Source of the DNA: Candidatus Aldehydirespiratoraceae bacterium
Lineage (GTDB): Bacteria; Actinomycetota; Acidimicrobiia; Acidimicrobiales; Aldehydirespiratoraceae
Reading direction: 5' to 3'
Assembly (NCBI GenBank): GCA_965205465.1
Contig: OZ242187.1
Coordinates: 2,902,244 to 2,966,243, forward strand
DNA: 64,000 bases
In this document: one piece after another, positions 12,611-22,784 of the stretch
How the letters are laid out: every line of letters begins with the position of its first letter
Numbering within the stretch: position 1 is the first letter of the stretch
Made by a program: the position numbers and the translations under genes
The notes under the pieces: generated by a model
Seen by the model: the letters and a program-made list of their open reading frames with translations, nothing else
What the model was told of the DNA's origin: nothing
Database searches by the model: none

Positions 12611-14037
12611 GCGCAATAGAGATTGCCGCGGCGGTTAGCGCTGGTGAGCGCTCGGCGCTCGAGGTGGTCGACGAACATCTCGCTCTGATCGAACAGCGGG
12701 ACCCCGAACTTCACGCCTACAACCTCGTGACCGCTGAGAGCGCCCGCGAGCAGGCCGCGGCGATCGATGCAGCAGTGTTGGCCGGTGAGCCTGTGGGTCG
12801 GTTTGCGGGAGTGCCGTTGGCCATGAAGGACAACATGTGTACTCGGGGTGTCCCGACCACCTGTTCGTCGAAGATTCTGGAAGGTTGGAGACCTCCCTAT
12901 GACGCCACGGTGGTGTCACGGCTGCGGGAGGCGGGTGCGGTCAGCCTCGGCAAGACCAACCTTGACGAGTTCGCCATGGGTTCCTCCACCGAGCATTCGG
13001 CGTTCGGCCCGACCCGCAACCCGCACGACCCGTCAAGAGTGCCTGGAGGGTCCAGTGGAGGTACAGCTGCTTCGGTCGCAGCGGGTTTCACTCCTCTCGG
13101 CATTGGTTCGGATACCGGTGGGTCTATCCGTCAGCCGGCAGCGTTCTGCGGTGTTGTAGGGATGAAGCCGACCTATGGCGTTGTCAGCCGCTACGGCCTG
13201 ATCGCTCTCGCTTCGTCGCTGGATCAGATCGGACCCTTCGCAGCCAATGTGACCGACGCCGCGGCTCTCTTCGACGTTATTGCCGGGCATGATCCACTCG
13301 ACTCGACATCCATCCGTGACTTTGAACCGACAGCGGAAGCGGTGCTCGACCAAGGCGTTGATGGTTTGCGTGTCGGTGTGGTGAAAGAACTGACAGGGGG
13401 TCCCGGGGGAGTCCCGGGGTTGGCTGTTGATGTGTTGGCGCGAACTGCGAGCGCGGTTGAGGCTCTCGCCGCTGCTGGTGCGCTGGTTGATGAGGTTTCG
13501 GTTCCGTCATCGACGCTGGGTTTGAGTGCCTATTACCTGGTAATGCCGGCGGAGGCGTCGAGCAACCTGGCCCGTTATGACGGGGTTCGTTACGGCTTGC
13601 GGGTGGATGGTCCGACAACACCTGAGATGAACACGGCCACGCGCACGGCCGGTTTCGGGGCCGAAGTCAAGCGCCGGATCATGCTCGGCACGTATGCCTT
13701 GTCGGCTGGCTACTACGACGCGTTCTATGGCAAGGCTCTGAAGGTCCGCACCATGATGCTCGACGATTTCGCAAGGGTCTATGAGAACTTCGATGTGCTG
13801 GTCACGCCGACTACGCCGACTACCGCGTTTGAGCTGGGAGCTCGGACTCAAGATCCTCTGACGATGTACGTCAACGATGTTTGCACGATCCCTTCGAACC
13901 TCACCGGTCATCCCGCCATCTCGGTTCCGTTCGGGGTGGGTGATGACGGCATGCCGGTTGGTGTTCAGGTGCTTGCTCCGGCTTTGCATGATGCACAAAC
14001 GTTTCGGGTGGCCGCGGTACTTGAGGCTGCGTCATGA
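12607..14037 (+). CDS. gatA: Asp/Glu-tRNA amidotransferase subunit A
   Basis: Amidase signature GGSSGGTAASVAAG..GSDTGGSIRQPAAFCG. Confidence 0.95.
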   Translation: MSAIEIAAAVSAGERSALEVVDEHLALIEQRDPELHAYNLVTAESAREQAAAIDAAVLAGEPVGRFAGVPLAMKDNMCTRGVPTTCSSKILEGWRPPYDATVVSRLREAGAVSLGKTNLDEFAMGSSTEHSAFGPTRNPHDPSRVPGGSSGGTAASVAAGFTPLGIGSDTGGSIRQPAAFCGVVGMKPTYGVVSRYGLIALASSLDQIGPFAANVTDAAALFDVIAGHDPLDSTSIRDFEPTAEAVLDQGVDGLRVGVVKELTGGPGGVPGLAVDVLARTASAVEALAAAGALVDEVSVPSSTLGLSAYYLVMPAEASSNLARYDGVRYGLRVDGPTTPEMNTATRTAGFGAEVKRRIMLGTYALSAGYYDAFYGKALKVRTMMLDDFARVYENFDVLVTPTTPTTAFELGARTQDPLTMYVNDVCTIPSNLTGHPAISVPFGVGDDGMPVGVQVLAPALHDAQTFRVAAVLEAAS

Positions 14038-15509
14038 GCGAGCTAGCGCCTGCGGCTATGGCGGACACGCCGGTGGAACCAGCCCTTGTAGAGGGTTGGG
14101 AACTGATTGTCGGGCTTGAGGTTCACGTCGAACTCGAAACGGCCACCAAGTTGTTCTGCGGTTGCGTCAACCGGTTCGGTGCTGAACCCAACACCAACGT
14201 TTGCCCGACCTGTTTGGGTTTACCGGGCTCTCTGCCGGTGATGAACGAACGCGCTGTGGAACTGGCGATGATCTTGGGCCGGGCCTTGGGATGCGAGGTC
14301 AACAGATCTGTCATGGCTCGCAAGAATTACTTCTATCCCGACATGCCCAAGGACTTCCAAACCACGCAATACGACCAGCCAACCAATTCAGAGGGCCACC
14401 TGGAGTTGGCTGACGGGTTTGTGGTGGGTATCGAACGAGCGCACATTGAAGAAGACACCGGCAAGTCAATCCATGTGGGCGGTGGCGGACGGATCAACGA
14501 TGCGGTTTATTCCCTGGTTGATTACAACCGAGCCGGAGTGCCACTCGTCGAGATCGTCAGCAAACCGGACATACGAACGATTGAGCATGCCCGCAACTAC
14601 GTCGAGGAACTGAGAGCCATTGTGGTTGCGACGGGAGCCTCCGACGCGCGAATGGAGGAGGGTTCGATCCGGGTTGATGCCAACGTCTCGGTCCGCCCGC
14701 ACGGTTCGTCCGAACTGCGCACCCGTTGTGAAATCAAGAATATCAACTCGTTACGGTCGCTCGGTCGTGCTATTGAGCATGAGGCGCTTCGACAGATTGA
14801 TCTTTGGACGACTGGCAGCGGTCCGCAACAACAAACACGCCACTGGGATGAAGACGCCGGTCGCACAATCCCGGGCCGATCGAAAGAGGATGCCGACGAT
14901 TACCGGTATTTCCAGGAACCGGACCTAGCCCCCCTAGACCCGACGCCGGCCACGATCGCCGCGATCGACGAGGCAATGCCACCCTTGCCAGCGGCTCGCA
15001 GAGCCGCTCTCCGCGCGGCGACAGGTGCTGGCATCGACGCTGCGCGCCTTTTGGTTGAGCGCGGTCAAGATGTTTTGGCGATGGCTGCTGTTGCGGCGGG
15101 TGCGGACGGCACCAAGGCGGTCACTCGACTGGTCAATGACTTGGCTGTCGATGATTGGTCCAAGGTTGATGCCGAGTCTTTCGCGACCCTTGTCCAGATG
15201 GAGTCGAGCGGAGAGCTGTCTGCGAGTCAGGCCAAGCAGGTGCTTGGTGATCTCGTTGAGCGAGGGGGGGATCCTGCTGCTCACGCCGCGGCGCGAGGGT
15301 TTGAGGCTATGGACGCGACCGAACTTGAGTCGCTGCTCGACGGGTTGATCACCGCCAACCCCGATGAATGGTCGCGTTATAGCGGCGGAGATGAAGGTGA
15401 TCGCAAGAAGATGCAGGGGTTCTTTACGGGCCAGATCATGAAAGCCACGCGTGGTCAAGCTGATGGCAAAGTGGTTGCTCAGCTCCTGGCCCAGAAATCT
15501 GAGGGCTAG
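14034..15509 (+). CDS. gatB: Asp/Glu-tRNA amidotransferase subunit B
   Basis: Contains GLEVHVELETATKLFCGC, CPTCLGLPGSLP and a C-terminal GatB/YqeY tail. ATGA overlap with gatA. Confidence 0.95.
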   Translation: MSELAPAAMADTPVEPALVEGWELIVGLEVHVELETATKLFCGCVNRFGAEPNTNVCPTCLGLPGSLPVMNERAVELAMILGRALGCEVNRSVMARKNYFYPDMPKDFQTTQYDQPTNSEGHLELADGFVVGIERAHIEEDTGKSIHVGGGGRINDAVYSLVDYNRAGVPLVEIVSKPDIRTIEHARNYVEELRAIVVATGASDARMEEGSIRVDANVSVRPHGSSELRTRCEIKNINSLRSLGRAIEHEALRQIDLWTTGSGPQQQTRHWDEDAGRTIPGRSKEDADDYRYFQEPDLAPLDPTPATIAAIDEAMPPLPAARRAALRAATGAGIDAARLLVERGQDVLAMAAVAAGADGTKAVTRLVNDLAVDDWSKVDAESFATLVQMESSGELSASQAKQVLGDLVERGGDPAAHAAARGFEAMDATELESLLDGLITANPDEWSRYSGGDEGDRKKMQGFFTGQIMKATRGQADGKVVAQLLAQKSEG

Positions 15510-16840
15510 CGGTTCGCTCCCGTAACTTGCCATTTGGGGGTGCGAAAGCGGGCCAAGAGCATGATGGCACGGGACAGGAGCCATGCCATGAGGCAAAACC
15601 AAAGCCAGCCGATGCCGGCACCGGTCGCCAACACAACAAGGCCTCCACCGACAAGCACCACCGCGGAAATCCACATGGTGACGGCCAAGAAGCGGAGGTT
15701 GCCTGCACCGATGAGGATTCCGTCGAGAGCGAAGACGACGCCGGCGAGTGGCTGCTGGAGTGCAACATGGATGAGGAGAAAGGCGGTGAGGCTCAAAACG
15801 GCTGCATCTGCGGTGAAGAGATAACCGAGCAGAGGCGATAAGAGTCCGACGATGCAACCGAGGCCAACCCCGCACCAGAACCCCCACTGGATCATTCTTC
15901 GTCCTAACGAACGCGCCCGGGCCGCGTCTCCACTTCCCAAGGTCATGCCGATCATGGCTTGGGCGGCGATAGCGACCGAATCGAGGGTCAGAGCGAGAAG
16001 ATTCCAGATCTCGAAGGCGATTTGATGTGCGGCGAGGTCGTCGATGCCGATCCGTGCAGCCACCGCGAGCGTGATGGTCAGGCTCCCCCGTAGTGCTGCG
16101 GTGCGAATAAACAGGTCGAGTCCGTCGCCGGCTACCTGGGTGATCACCTTCAGGTCAGGTCGGAAATTAACCCCGTGCTCTCGTACAGCGTGGCGGATCC
16201 AGGCGACGAACACGGCAGCGGCGATCCATTGTGCGACGACCGTCGACAGAGCGGAAGCCCCAATTCCCTGGTCGAAACCGTATATCAGTACAAGTTCCAA
16301 GACGAGGTTGACAACGGCAGTGCCGAGAGCCACGTAGAGCGGTCGCTTCGTGTCCTGGAGACCTCGCAGGTATCCGACCCCGGCGAGAGTTATGAGCATG
16401 GCCGGCACGCCCAACAACGAGATCCGAAAGTAGACCTCGGCATGGTTGCCGACATCGCCCTTGCCGCCCATCAGCGAGATCAGATCACTGCCGAAGACGA
16501 CCCCGAGCACAGCTAGCAATATCCCGATGAGCGCAGCGAGCCAGATACTTTGCACTGCGTGGTGCGCGGCGCGACGCATTTCTTTGGCTCCCAGCAGCCT
16601 GGCCACGGTCGCAGTGGTGCCGTAAGCCAGGAAAATAAAGACCGAATATCCGATCAACAGTAGAGACGAGGCGACGGCGAGACCACCAAGCTGTGGTGTC
16701 CCGAGGCGCCCTACCACGGCGGTATCGGCCAGAATATAAAGCGGTTCGGCAACTAGAGCCGCCAACGCCGGTACCGCGAGGCGTAGGATTTCCCGATCTT
16801 CGCGGGTCCAGCGGACACGAAAACGAAGGAGGGACGACAT
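15506..16840 (-). CDS. MATE-family efflux transporter
   Basis: 444 aa with 12 hydrophobic helices. N-terminal ILRLAVPALAALVAEPLYILADTAVVGRLG is typical of MATE/DinF. Confidence 0.85.
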   Translation of the reverse strand: MSSLLRFRVRWTREDREILRLAVPALAALVAEPLYILADTAVVGRLGTPQLGGLAVASSLLLIGYSVFIFLAYGTTATVARLLGAKEMRRAAHHAVQSIWLAALIGILLAVLGVVFGSDLISLMGGKGDVGNHAEVYFRISLLGVPAMLITLAGVGYLRGLQDTKRPLYVALGTAVVNLVLELVLIYGFDQGIGASALSTVVAQWIAAAVFVAWIRHAVREHGVNFRPDLKVITQVAGDGLDLFIRTAALRGSLTITLAVAARIGIDDLAAHQIAFEIWNLLALTLDSVAIAAQAMIGMTLGSGDAARARSLGRRMIQWGFWCGVGLGCIVGLLSPLLGYLFTADAAVLSLTAFLLIHVALQQPLAGVVFALDGILIGAGNLRFLAVTMWISAVVLVGGGLVVLATGAGIGWLWFCLMAWLLSRAIMLLARFRTPKWQVTGANR

Positions 16841-16918
16841 GGGAGCGAATGCTACGGCTGCCGGTGAGTGGATTGTCCCTGCGGCAGGCTGTCATGACAC
16901 GACTGGTCGTCTCGCGGT

Positions 16919-17513
16919 GTGAGTGCAGTAACGACCGAGCGGGCCGAACGGCCTAAGTTTGGTTACATCCCGACGTTCGACGGGATGCGCGGATTCTGGG
17001 TTGTTCTCGGCCCCCTCCTCTATCACGCCCGTCCTGAAAGTATTCAGGGTGGACCTGAGATAGTCCCGGGCGGCATCCTCAGCCTCGACCTGTTCTGTGA
17101 GCCCCTGGGACATCACTGATCGACTCATTCCTGGGGTGGCCGGAGACGAGTGGACCAACATTGGCGAACCCGCTTTCGATGAGTACGCGGCGAGCGAGTA
17201 TGGCGCTGCTATGGAACTCCTGACATCGACGGGCGCTGAACTCTATTTTCTTGAAGGCGCCGACCACAATCGGCCGATAACCCCTCAAAACACCCCTGAA
17301 CGAGTGGCGCTGCTGAACCAACTGGTAGCGGCGGTGGCCGCGGATATAGATGCTCGGGTCACGATGGTCGATTATCCGGGTTGGATCGGGGAGGTGGGGA
17401 GTGATCGCGAATTGAACCTTAGAGACGATGGTCTCCACCTGTCGCGAGAGGGCCTAGACGAGGTCGTCGATTGGCTCTTGTTCGATGTCTTGGGCCTTGA
17501 TCCGCCCACCTAG
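16919..17513 (+). pseudogene. Acyltransferase-3 (OafA-like)/SGNH protein with a large internal deletion
   Basis: ORF 16919..17119 carries only the first acyltransferase_3 helices (RPKFGYIPTFDGMRGFWVVLGPLLYHA..GGILSLDLF). It then switches frame into ORF 17097..17513, which looks like the SGNH C-terminal end (..LRDDGLHLSREGLDEVVDWL). The roughly 10-helix membrane core is missing. Confidence 0.5.
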
Positions 17514-18079
17514 GTTCCTGAGACTTGCCAGCGTTGGTATCGAGCCGGGTCGGTCCAAGCCCCCGTTTCGGCGTCGAACTGAGCGGCAGCGACGGTCATC
17601 CATTCGGTGTGTCCGGCGCGAGCGGCAGTTGATGAGATTTCGAGCAGGTCGTCGGGAACCGGGAGCTGTAGTTCTTCTGGGATCACATGCGGTGGTCTAG
17701 GAACTAGCGCAACGGTCGGTAGACGGTTCACGGCTCTGTCTCGGGCCTCCACATCGTTGTTGTACCAGCCGGGATCGTTCACTTGGTGCCATTTGTCCGC
17801 ACCCATTACGACGATGTCGTAGCCATCGGCGATATCGGATATCAATTGTGCCTCGGTGACCACGACAGCGAGGCTCTGCTGATTGCGCAACGACGCTTCG
17901 ATCACTTCAAGCCGGTGTTCAAAGCTCGGCACCTCCACTTTGGCTTTGCCGAAAGGGCTCACGGACAAAGCGAAGTCGAGCCGTTGAAGCGAATGTTGCG
18001 ACACCGCAGCAAAGGCGATTTCGAGGTGCGCCTTGGTAGGCGGGTTGAACGATCCGGGATAAACGCCAATGCCTGCCAC
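17510..18079 (-). CDS. Nicotinate/nicotinamide-mononucleotide adenylyltransferase-like cytidylyltransferase
   Basis: N-terminal GVYPGSFNPPTKAHLEI (HxGH-type variant) and C-terminal ISSTAAR motif. Confidence 0.6.
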   Translation of the reverse strand: MAGIGVYPGSFNPPTKAHLEIAFAAVSQHSLQRLDFALSVSPFGKAKVEVPSFEHRLEVIEASLRNQQSLAVVVTEAQLISDIADGYDIVVMGADKWHQVNDPGWYNNDVEARDRAVNRLPTVALVPRPPHVIPEELQLPVPDDLLEISSTAARAGHTEWMTVAAAQFDAETGAWTDPARYQRWQVSGT

Positions 18080-18258
18080 CAGTTACAGATTCCCAAAACC
18101 AGACGTTCGATTGCGCGTGAGTGAGATCACGACTGTACTAGCCGTACGGGGCCCAACAACGATACGTTGCCCCCGAGGGTCTTCCGCGATGTCATCAGGT
18201 GCTGCTCCTGGTTCCGATCTAAGGTGGCGAGTTATGACCAACACCAGACCGATCATAT

Positions 18259-19353
18259 GAGCCTGCGCGTAAACGTGGGGCAGGGGGTGGTTGGGGGTCC
18301 CTGAGTGGGGGTCGAGGCACTGTTGGAATCGGTGGTTGACAAAACCAACGATCTAGGAGTGCCCTGATGGCTTCTGATGTTATGCGGGTGCGGTTGCATC
18401 TGCGCCAGGTCCGCGTGCTAGCGGTGGTTGTTGACACTCCCGAGGAGTTGTGGGTGAGGGTCGAGTCGACGGTGAGTCGGCCTCGTTGCCCGCACTGCGG
18501 GTTCAAGTTCCACAGGGTCCATGACATTCGCGAGCGCGAGGTGCGCGACTTGGAGGTGTCGGGGCGACCCGTGACGCTGGTGTGGATGCGGAGGCGCATG
18601 GTGTGCGGCAACTGCGCCAGCCGATGGCTTGAGGAGCACCCCGGGTTCGACGGGCGGTTGACCCGGCGCCTGGCGCATCGTCTGGTCGCGGACGCGCAGG
18701 TGATGACGATCGAGCACCGCAGCAGCGCAGCGCTGTCGGTGTTTTTGATGTCACAACCACACCGCTGGCGCAGAGGAGTCAAAGTCGTCGTCACCGACGG
18801 GTCACGCGCCTACAAGGCCTCCGTGGACGCCTGTTTGCCCCACGCCCGCCACATGTTGGACCGCTTCGGTGTGATCAGATGGTTCTGTGCGGGACTCACC
18901 GCGGTCCGCCGCGACATCCAACGCCGCCAGCCCGACCTGCGAGCCGACATCGACCGACTCCGCCGAGTCACCACAACCCAAGCTGTCCCCGTTCCATCAC
19001 CCGAAAGAGGATCAACCGAATCGCTGCGACAACGCCTCGTGGCCGCCCTCGACGAGATCACCAGACTCAACGCCGACAACCACCAGATCCGAGAACACCT
19101 CGCCCAACAACTCGGCCACCAGCGCCACAACCGCATCCCCGACCCGTCAACGACATGTCTCCCACACGAAACCCAAGCTCCGAACCACCACAGCGCCAAG
19201 CCCTCCAGATAAGCACCAACAACCTCCTGCAAGTGCTCAGAAGAACCGCCCACGGGTTCACCAACCCACGCAACTTCGAGGCCCGAGATATCCTTATAAC
19301 ATGACCCTCAACCGGTGCCAGCAACCCTCAATCCCACGTTTGCGCGAAGGGCC
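18259..19353 (+). mobile_element. ISL3-family element remnant (internally deleted)
   Basis: Terminal inverted repeats: GAGCCTGCGCGTAAACGTGGGG at the left end, and GGCCCTTCGCGCAAACGTGGGA as the reverse complement of the right end. About 1.1 kb, against 1414 bp for the intact copy at 62301. No target duplication found. Confidence 0.6.
18367..19212 (+). pseudogene. ISL3 transposase, truncated/deleted
   Basis: The N-terminal zf-ISL3 part (RPRCPHCGFKFHRVHD..VTLVWMRRRMVC) joins directly to a DDE fragment (VVVTDGSRAYKASVDACLPHARHMLDRFGVIRW). A non-homologous low-complexity tail follows. Confidence 0.7.
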
Positions 19354-19356
19354 AAA

Positions 19357-20022
19357 ATGAACGACCCGACCCCAACACCCACAAGCGGCCCCACCGAGTT
19401 GCAGCCAGCCCCACCAGGACGTCGCTTCGTAGCACGCCTGTTGGACTTCTTGATCTACCTCGCCGTGCCCGCCGGCCTTCTGATCGGCCTGTGGATGCTG
19501 CTCGGAAACCTCTTCCTTCACCGAACCGCCGACAGCATCGAGGGCATCGTCGAGAGCGACCATGCAGGAGAAGCCGTCGTGCGAACCTCGGACACGATCA
19601 TAGAATCCTTCTTCGCGTACCTGGTCATGATTGGTGTCGCGGTCATCGGGATCGTGATAATCATCGTCGTCCACATCGTCTCAGAAGTCGCCACACCGAA
19701 ACGCACCGGCCAGACCAGCGGCAAGAAATGGATGGGCTTACGCCTCGTGGCCGACAACCCCACAGCACCGCTGAGGGCCGGGCAACTGCTTGGACGGTGG
19801 GCGGTCCTGCACGTCGCACCGTTCGCCGTCATGGGGGTCATGCTGCCCGCAGGCGCCACCACAGCGAGATTTCTAGCCGTAGTAGGCCTTGCGGCGTTGG
19901 CCGCACCGATCTGGTTCACCACAGACAGACGAGGCTTGCACGACCGCCTCGTCGGCACAAAGGTCATCGACGTGAGGGGGTTACCGATAGATCACCCGAT
20001 GCACCCTCACAGCCGTACCTAG
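19357..20022 (+). CDS. RDD-family membrane protein
   Basis: Start taken at ATG 19357, 4 nt after the IS remnant end. Contains GRRFVARLLDFLIY..., and DRRGLHDRLVGTKVI at the C-terminus. Confidence 0.7.
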   Translation: MNDPTPTPTSGPTELQPAPPGRRFVARLLDFLIYLAVPAGLLIGLWMLLGNLFLHRTADSIEGIVESDHAGEAVVRTSDTIIESFFAYLVMIGVAVIGIVIIIVVHIVSEVATPKRTGQTSGKKWMGLRLVADNPTAPLRAGQLLGRWAVLHVAPFAVMGVMLPAGATTARFLAVVGLAALAAPIWFTTDRRGLHDRLVGTKVIDVRGLPIDHPMHPHSRT

Positions 20023-20228
20023 GCGCGCAAGGCGAACTGTTAGGTAGCGCTCGGTGGCGGGATGGGAGGACGGAACCAGGCGGTGCCTCGCAGTGAGCAT
20101 CTCTGTTTCGGCCCGGTCGAGTCCGTCGACGCCGATGGCCTGTGCACCCGACGCCTCGAGAGGCCCGAGATGCGACCCAGTCACGGGCCTCGCCGACCGG
20201 GGGGTCCCTGTCTTGTTGTCAAGTCTTT

Positions 20229-21475
20229 CTAGGCGGCTTGGGGCAGGTTCTGAGGTTGGGGTGCTTGGTAGGGGGTTTGGGTTTTGAGCATGGCGAGGAT
20301 GATGTTGCAGCGGCGTCGGGCGACGCAGATCACGGCGGCGTTGTGGTGTTTGCCTTGTGAGCGTTTGCGTTGGTGGTAGGCGCGGGCGTCGGGGTCGTGC
20401 TGGGTGGCGACGAAGGCGGCGGTGAACATGGCGTTTTTGAGGCGGTGGTTGCCGCCTCGGGGTTTGCGGGACACGGCGCTGCGTCCGGATTGCCAGTCGA
20501 CGGGGGCGAGCCCGGCGTAGGAGGCGAGGCGGCTGCCGTCGGCGAATCGGTGGGGGTCGCCGATCTCAGCGAGGGTCCGGGCGCCGGTTCGCGGGCCGAA
20601 CCCGTACAGGTTGGCGAGGACTTTTCCCAGCGGGTGGCCCATGAACGCTTCCTCGATGTCGGCGGCGAGGTGGTCGCGGCGAGCGCAGATCCGGTCCAAG
20701 TCGGCGGCGAACTCGGTGATGGTGTCGCCCAGGTCGCCTCAGCTGTGACGGTGACGCTCTGCGCGTCCAGCGTGCCCCAGATGGCGTCGGTGAGCCGGTC
20801 CGCTGTTCGGGGGGAGCGTTTGGCGATGCGGGTGCGTATTCGGGCGCGTCCGGCGGTTCTGAGCGCTGTGGGGGTGCTCCAGCGGGCTAGGGCGTCTCGT
20901 GCGTCGCCGCTGGAGGACAGCTTGTCCCCACGGCGCGCTCCAGCGCAGGCGACACGGCCAACAGGGCGTCTCTGAGGGCGGTTGGCGGCTCTGGTGGCGT
21001 CCGCGGCGAGGTCGGCGTCTCGGCCGTTGAGGATCCGCAGCCTCACCAGCAGCTCGTCGCTGGGTGTCGTCCAGCTCAACCGGTCGGCGTTGTGCCTGGC
21101 GTAGTCGGCGAGCACCAGAGCATCTTTGGGCTCGGTCTTGGCCGCCCCCGCGTAGAGGTCGGCGGCGCGGCGCATGGCCAGCCCGGTCACATAGGCGGTC
21201 GCCAGATGACGCTTGGCGGCTATCTCCATCAGCAGCGCCGCAGCCGAGCTGGTCGTGTCGATGACGAGAGCCACCCTGCCATGTGTGGCGTCGTCGTCGA
21301 TGAGCCAGCCGATCGCCGTCTCGTCGTTGGGCACCGCCCGCGACAGCACCTCGGTGCCGGCAGCGCTCACCGCGCAGGCGTAGTGGTCGCCTTTGGCTAT
21401 GTCGACGCCGACGAACACCTCGGTGTCGACGCAGTCGGGTTCTTGCATGGCGGGACTCCTTGGGTCTGGGAACAT
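20229..21475 (-). pseudogene. IS110-family transposase with multiple frameshifts
   Basis: The N-terminal DEDD domain lies in ORF 20330..21475 (VFVGVDIAKGDHYA). The C-terminal Transposase_20 part lies in ORF 20229..20699 (GFGPRTGARTLAEIGDPHRFADGSRLASYAGLAPVDWQSG). Frame breaks lie near 20735 and between 20927 and 20978. Confidence 0.8.
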
Positions 21476-21760
21476 TCTTGCTTGGATGCTCCTGGTGCCT
21501 GCGTCTCAACCACTTTACGTCCAGCCCCGAGGGGCATGTCCCTGTCAGAGGTCCCAGGCACCCGACCGTGACGGGCGGCAACACCCCCGGGCCATTGATG
21601 TGACAGGGGGCTACAGCCCTACCCGCCGCGGCGAGCAACCAGCCCCGACACTGCCACGCCAGAGCCGCTCAACAAGGTAAAGGGGGTGGCTGAAGGTCCC
21701 TGAGCAGGGATCCGATCCGTGTTCAGTTCCGAGTGCTGTACGACCGTTGTGACCGGTCGA

Positions 21761-22760
21761 TCAGTCGATTGCCGAGTCGAGCCCGAATGCCCTCTCGACG
21801 GTGGTGATGGTGTGCTCGTCGCGCAGTTTGCAGACGGTGACTCGTGAGGCGAAGAGCCCCTTCTCCCACACGGCTTGGTCGATGGGCCGTGTAGCGAGCC
21901 ACTCGACCGGCACGACCTTCTCGGTCACTTCGGGGTGGTCTGAAGCCGCTCTTTCCGACCACTCGGTGCTTAGCTCTGGTTGATCACCCGCATATCATGA
22001 GTTGTCCGTTGATATCGACTTTGGCATGGCGTGCGGGATCATCTCGCCGGTGACTCGGCCGATGCCGACGTAGCCGGCTCCGCTCACGTATGCGAACACG
22101 CGCTTTCCCGGCGTGAGGTTCCGCAGCGGCTTCCAGTACCACGCCGCCGCCTGCGTTGAGGAGCCCGTACTTGCTCGCTATCGCCCAGCGGTCGGTCTGA
22201 CCGGCTCGGCCGAGCACCATGTAGAAGTCCCGGCCGTTCCACGGCCGACTCTTGCGGCGCGATGGTCGGACGGCCTTGTCTTCGGTCTGTTGCGGATCGA
22301 GTAGCCACGTACGGGCGAGGTAGTCTCGGCCGTCGTCGCTGAAGTGGCGGAAGACGGCGTTGATGGGAACGCCGTAGAACTCTGCGAGGAACTCGACGAT
22401 GCGATCAGACGCCGGGTCGAGCTCGGACGCGATGATCGTGAACTGCTGCTCGGCATTGACGACATCCGGTAGCGGGCTGTCGAATCGCTCGGCGAAAGCC
22501 TTGCCCTGCGAAGCAGTCGACGGGTGAGCGACAGGCACCGAATGCCGGTAGCAAGTGTGTAACTGTTGTCAGGACTGCACGGTGGTGGGTTTGCGTCCAG
22601 AGATGTTGCCAAAGGGCCTTCGAAGCGCCATACTTCTCGTTGTGAACCTGCGCCCAGCCTCCGACCCGGTAGTACTCGGCAGCTAGCGCACGTACGCGAA
22701 ACCACAGCCGTTCGTGCGCCTCGACCTCCCGGAAGGGAGGTCGTTTCGTGTTTTCGGCGC
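21761..22760 (-). pseudogene. Multiply frameshifted conserved hypothetical (nuclease-like) gene
   Basis: Consecutive homologous-looking pieces sit in three minus frames. Examples: ..EQQFTIIASELDPASDRIVEFLAEFYGVPINAV.., ..WYWKPLRNLTPGKRVFAYVSGAGYVGIGRVTGEMIP.., and ..DQPELSTEWSE..VEWLATRPIDQAVWEKGLFASRVTVCKLRDEHTITTVERAFGLDSAID*. Confidence 0.55.
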
Positions 22761-22784
22761 ATACTTCAATAACAACCAGCAGAC

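Noticed and set aside
14934-15887. 317-aa minus-strand ORF spanning the gatB end and the MATE gene
   Set aside because: Arg/Pro-rich, crosses a gene boundary, and lies out of frame with the convincing MATE reading frame.
20370-21638. ORFs 20370..20975(+), 20739..21638(-) and 21092..21571(+)
   Set aside because: These are alternative frames across the IS110 pseudogene. One of them simply captures a frameshifted segment of the transposase.
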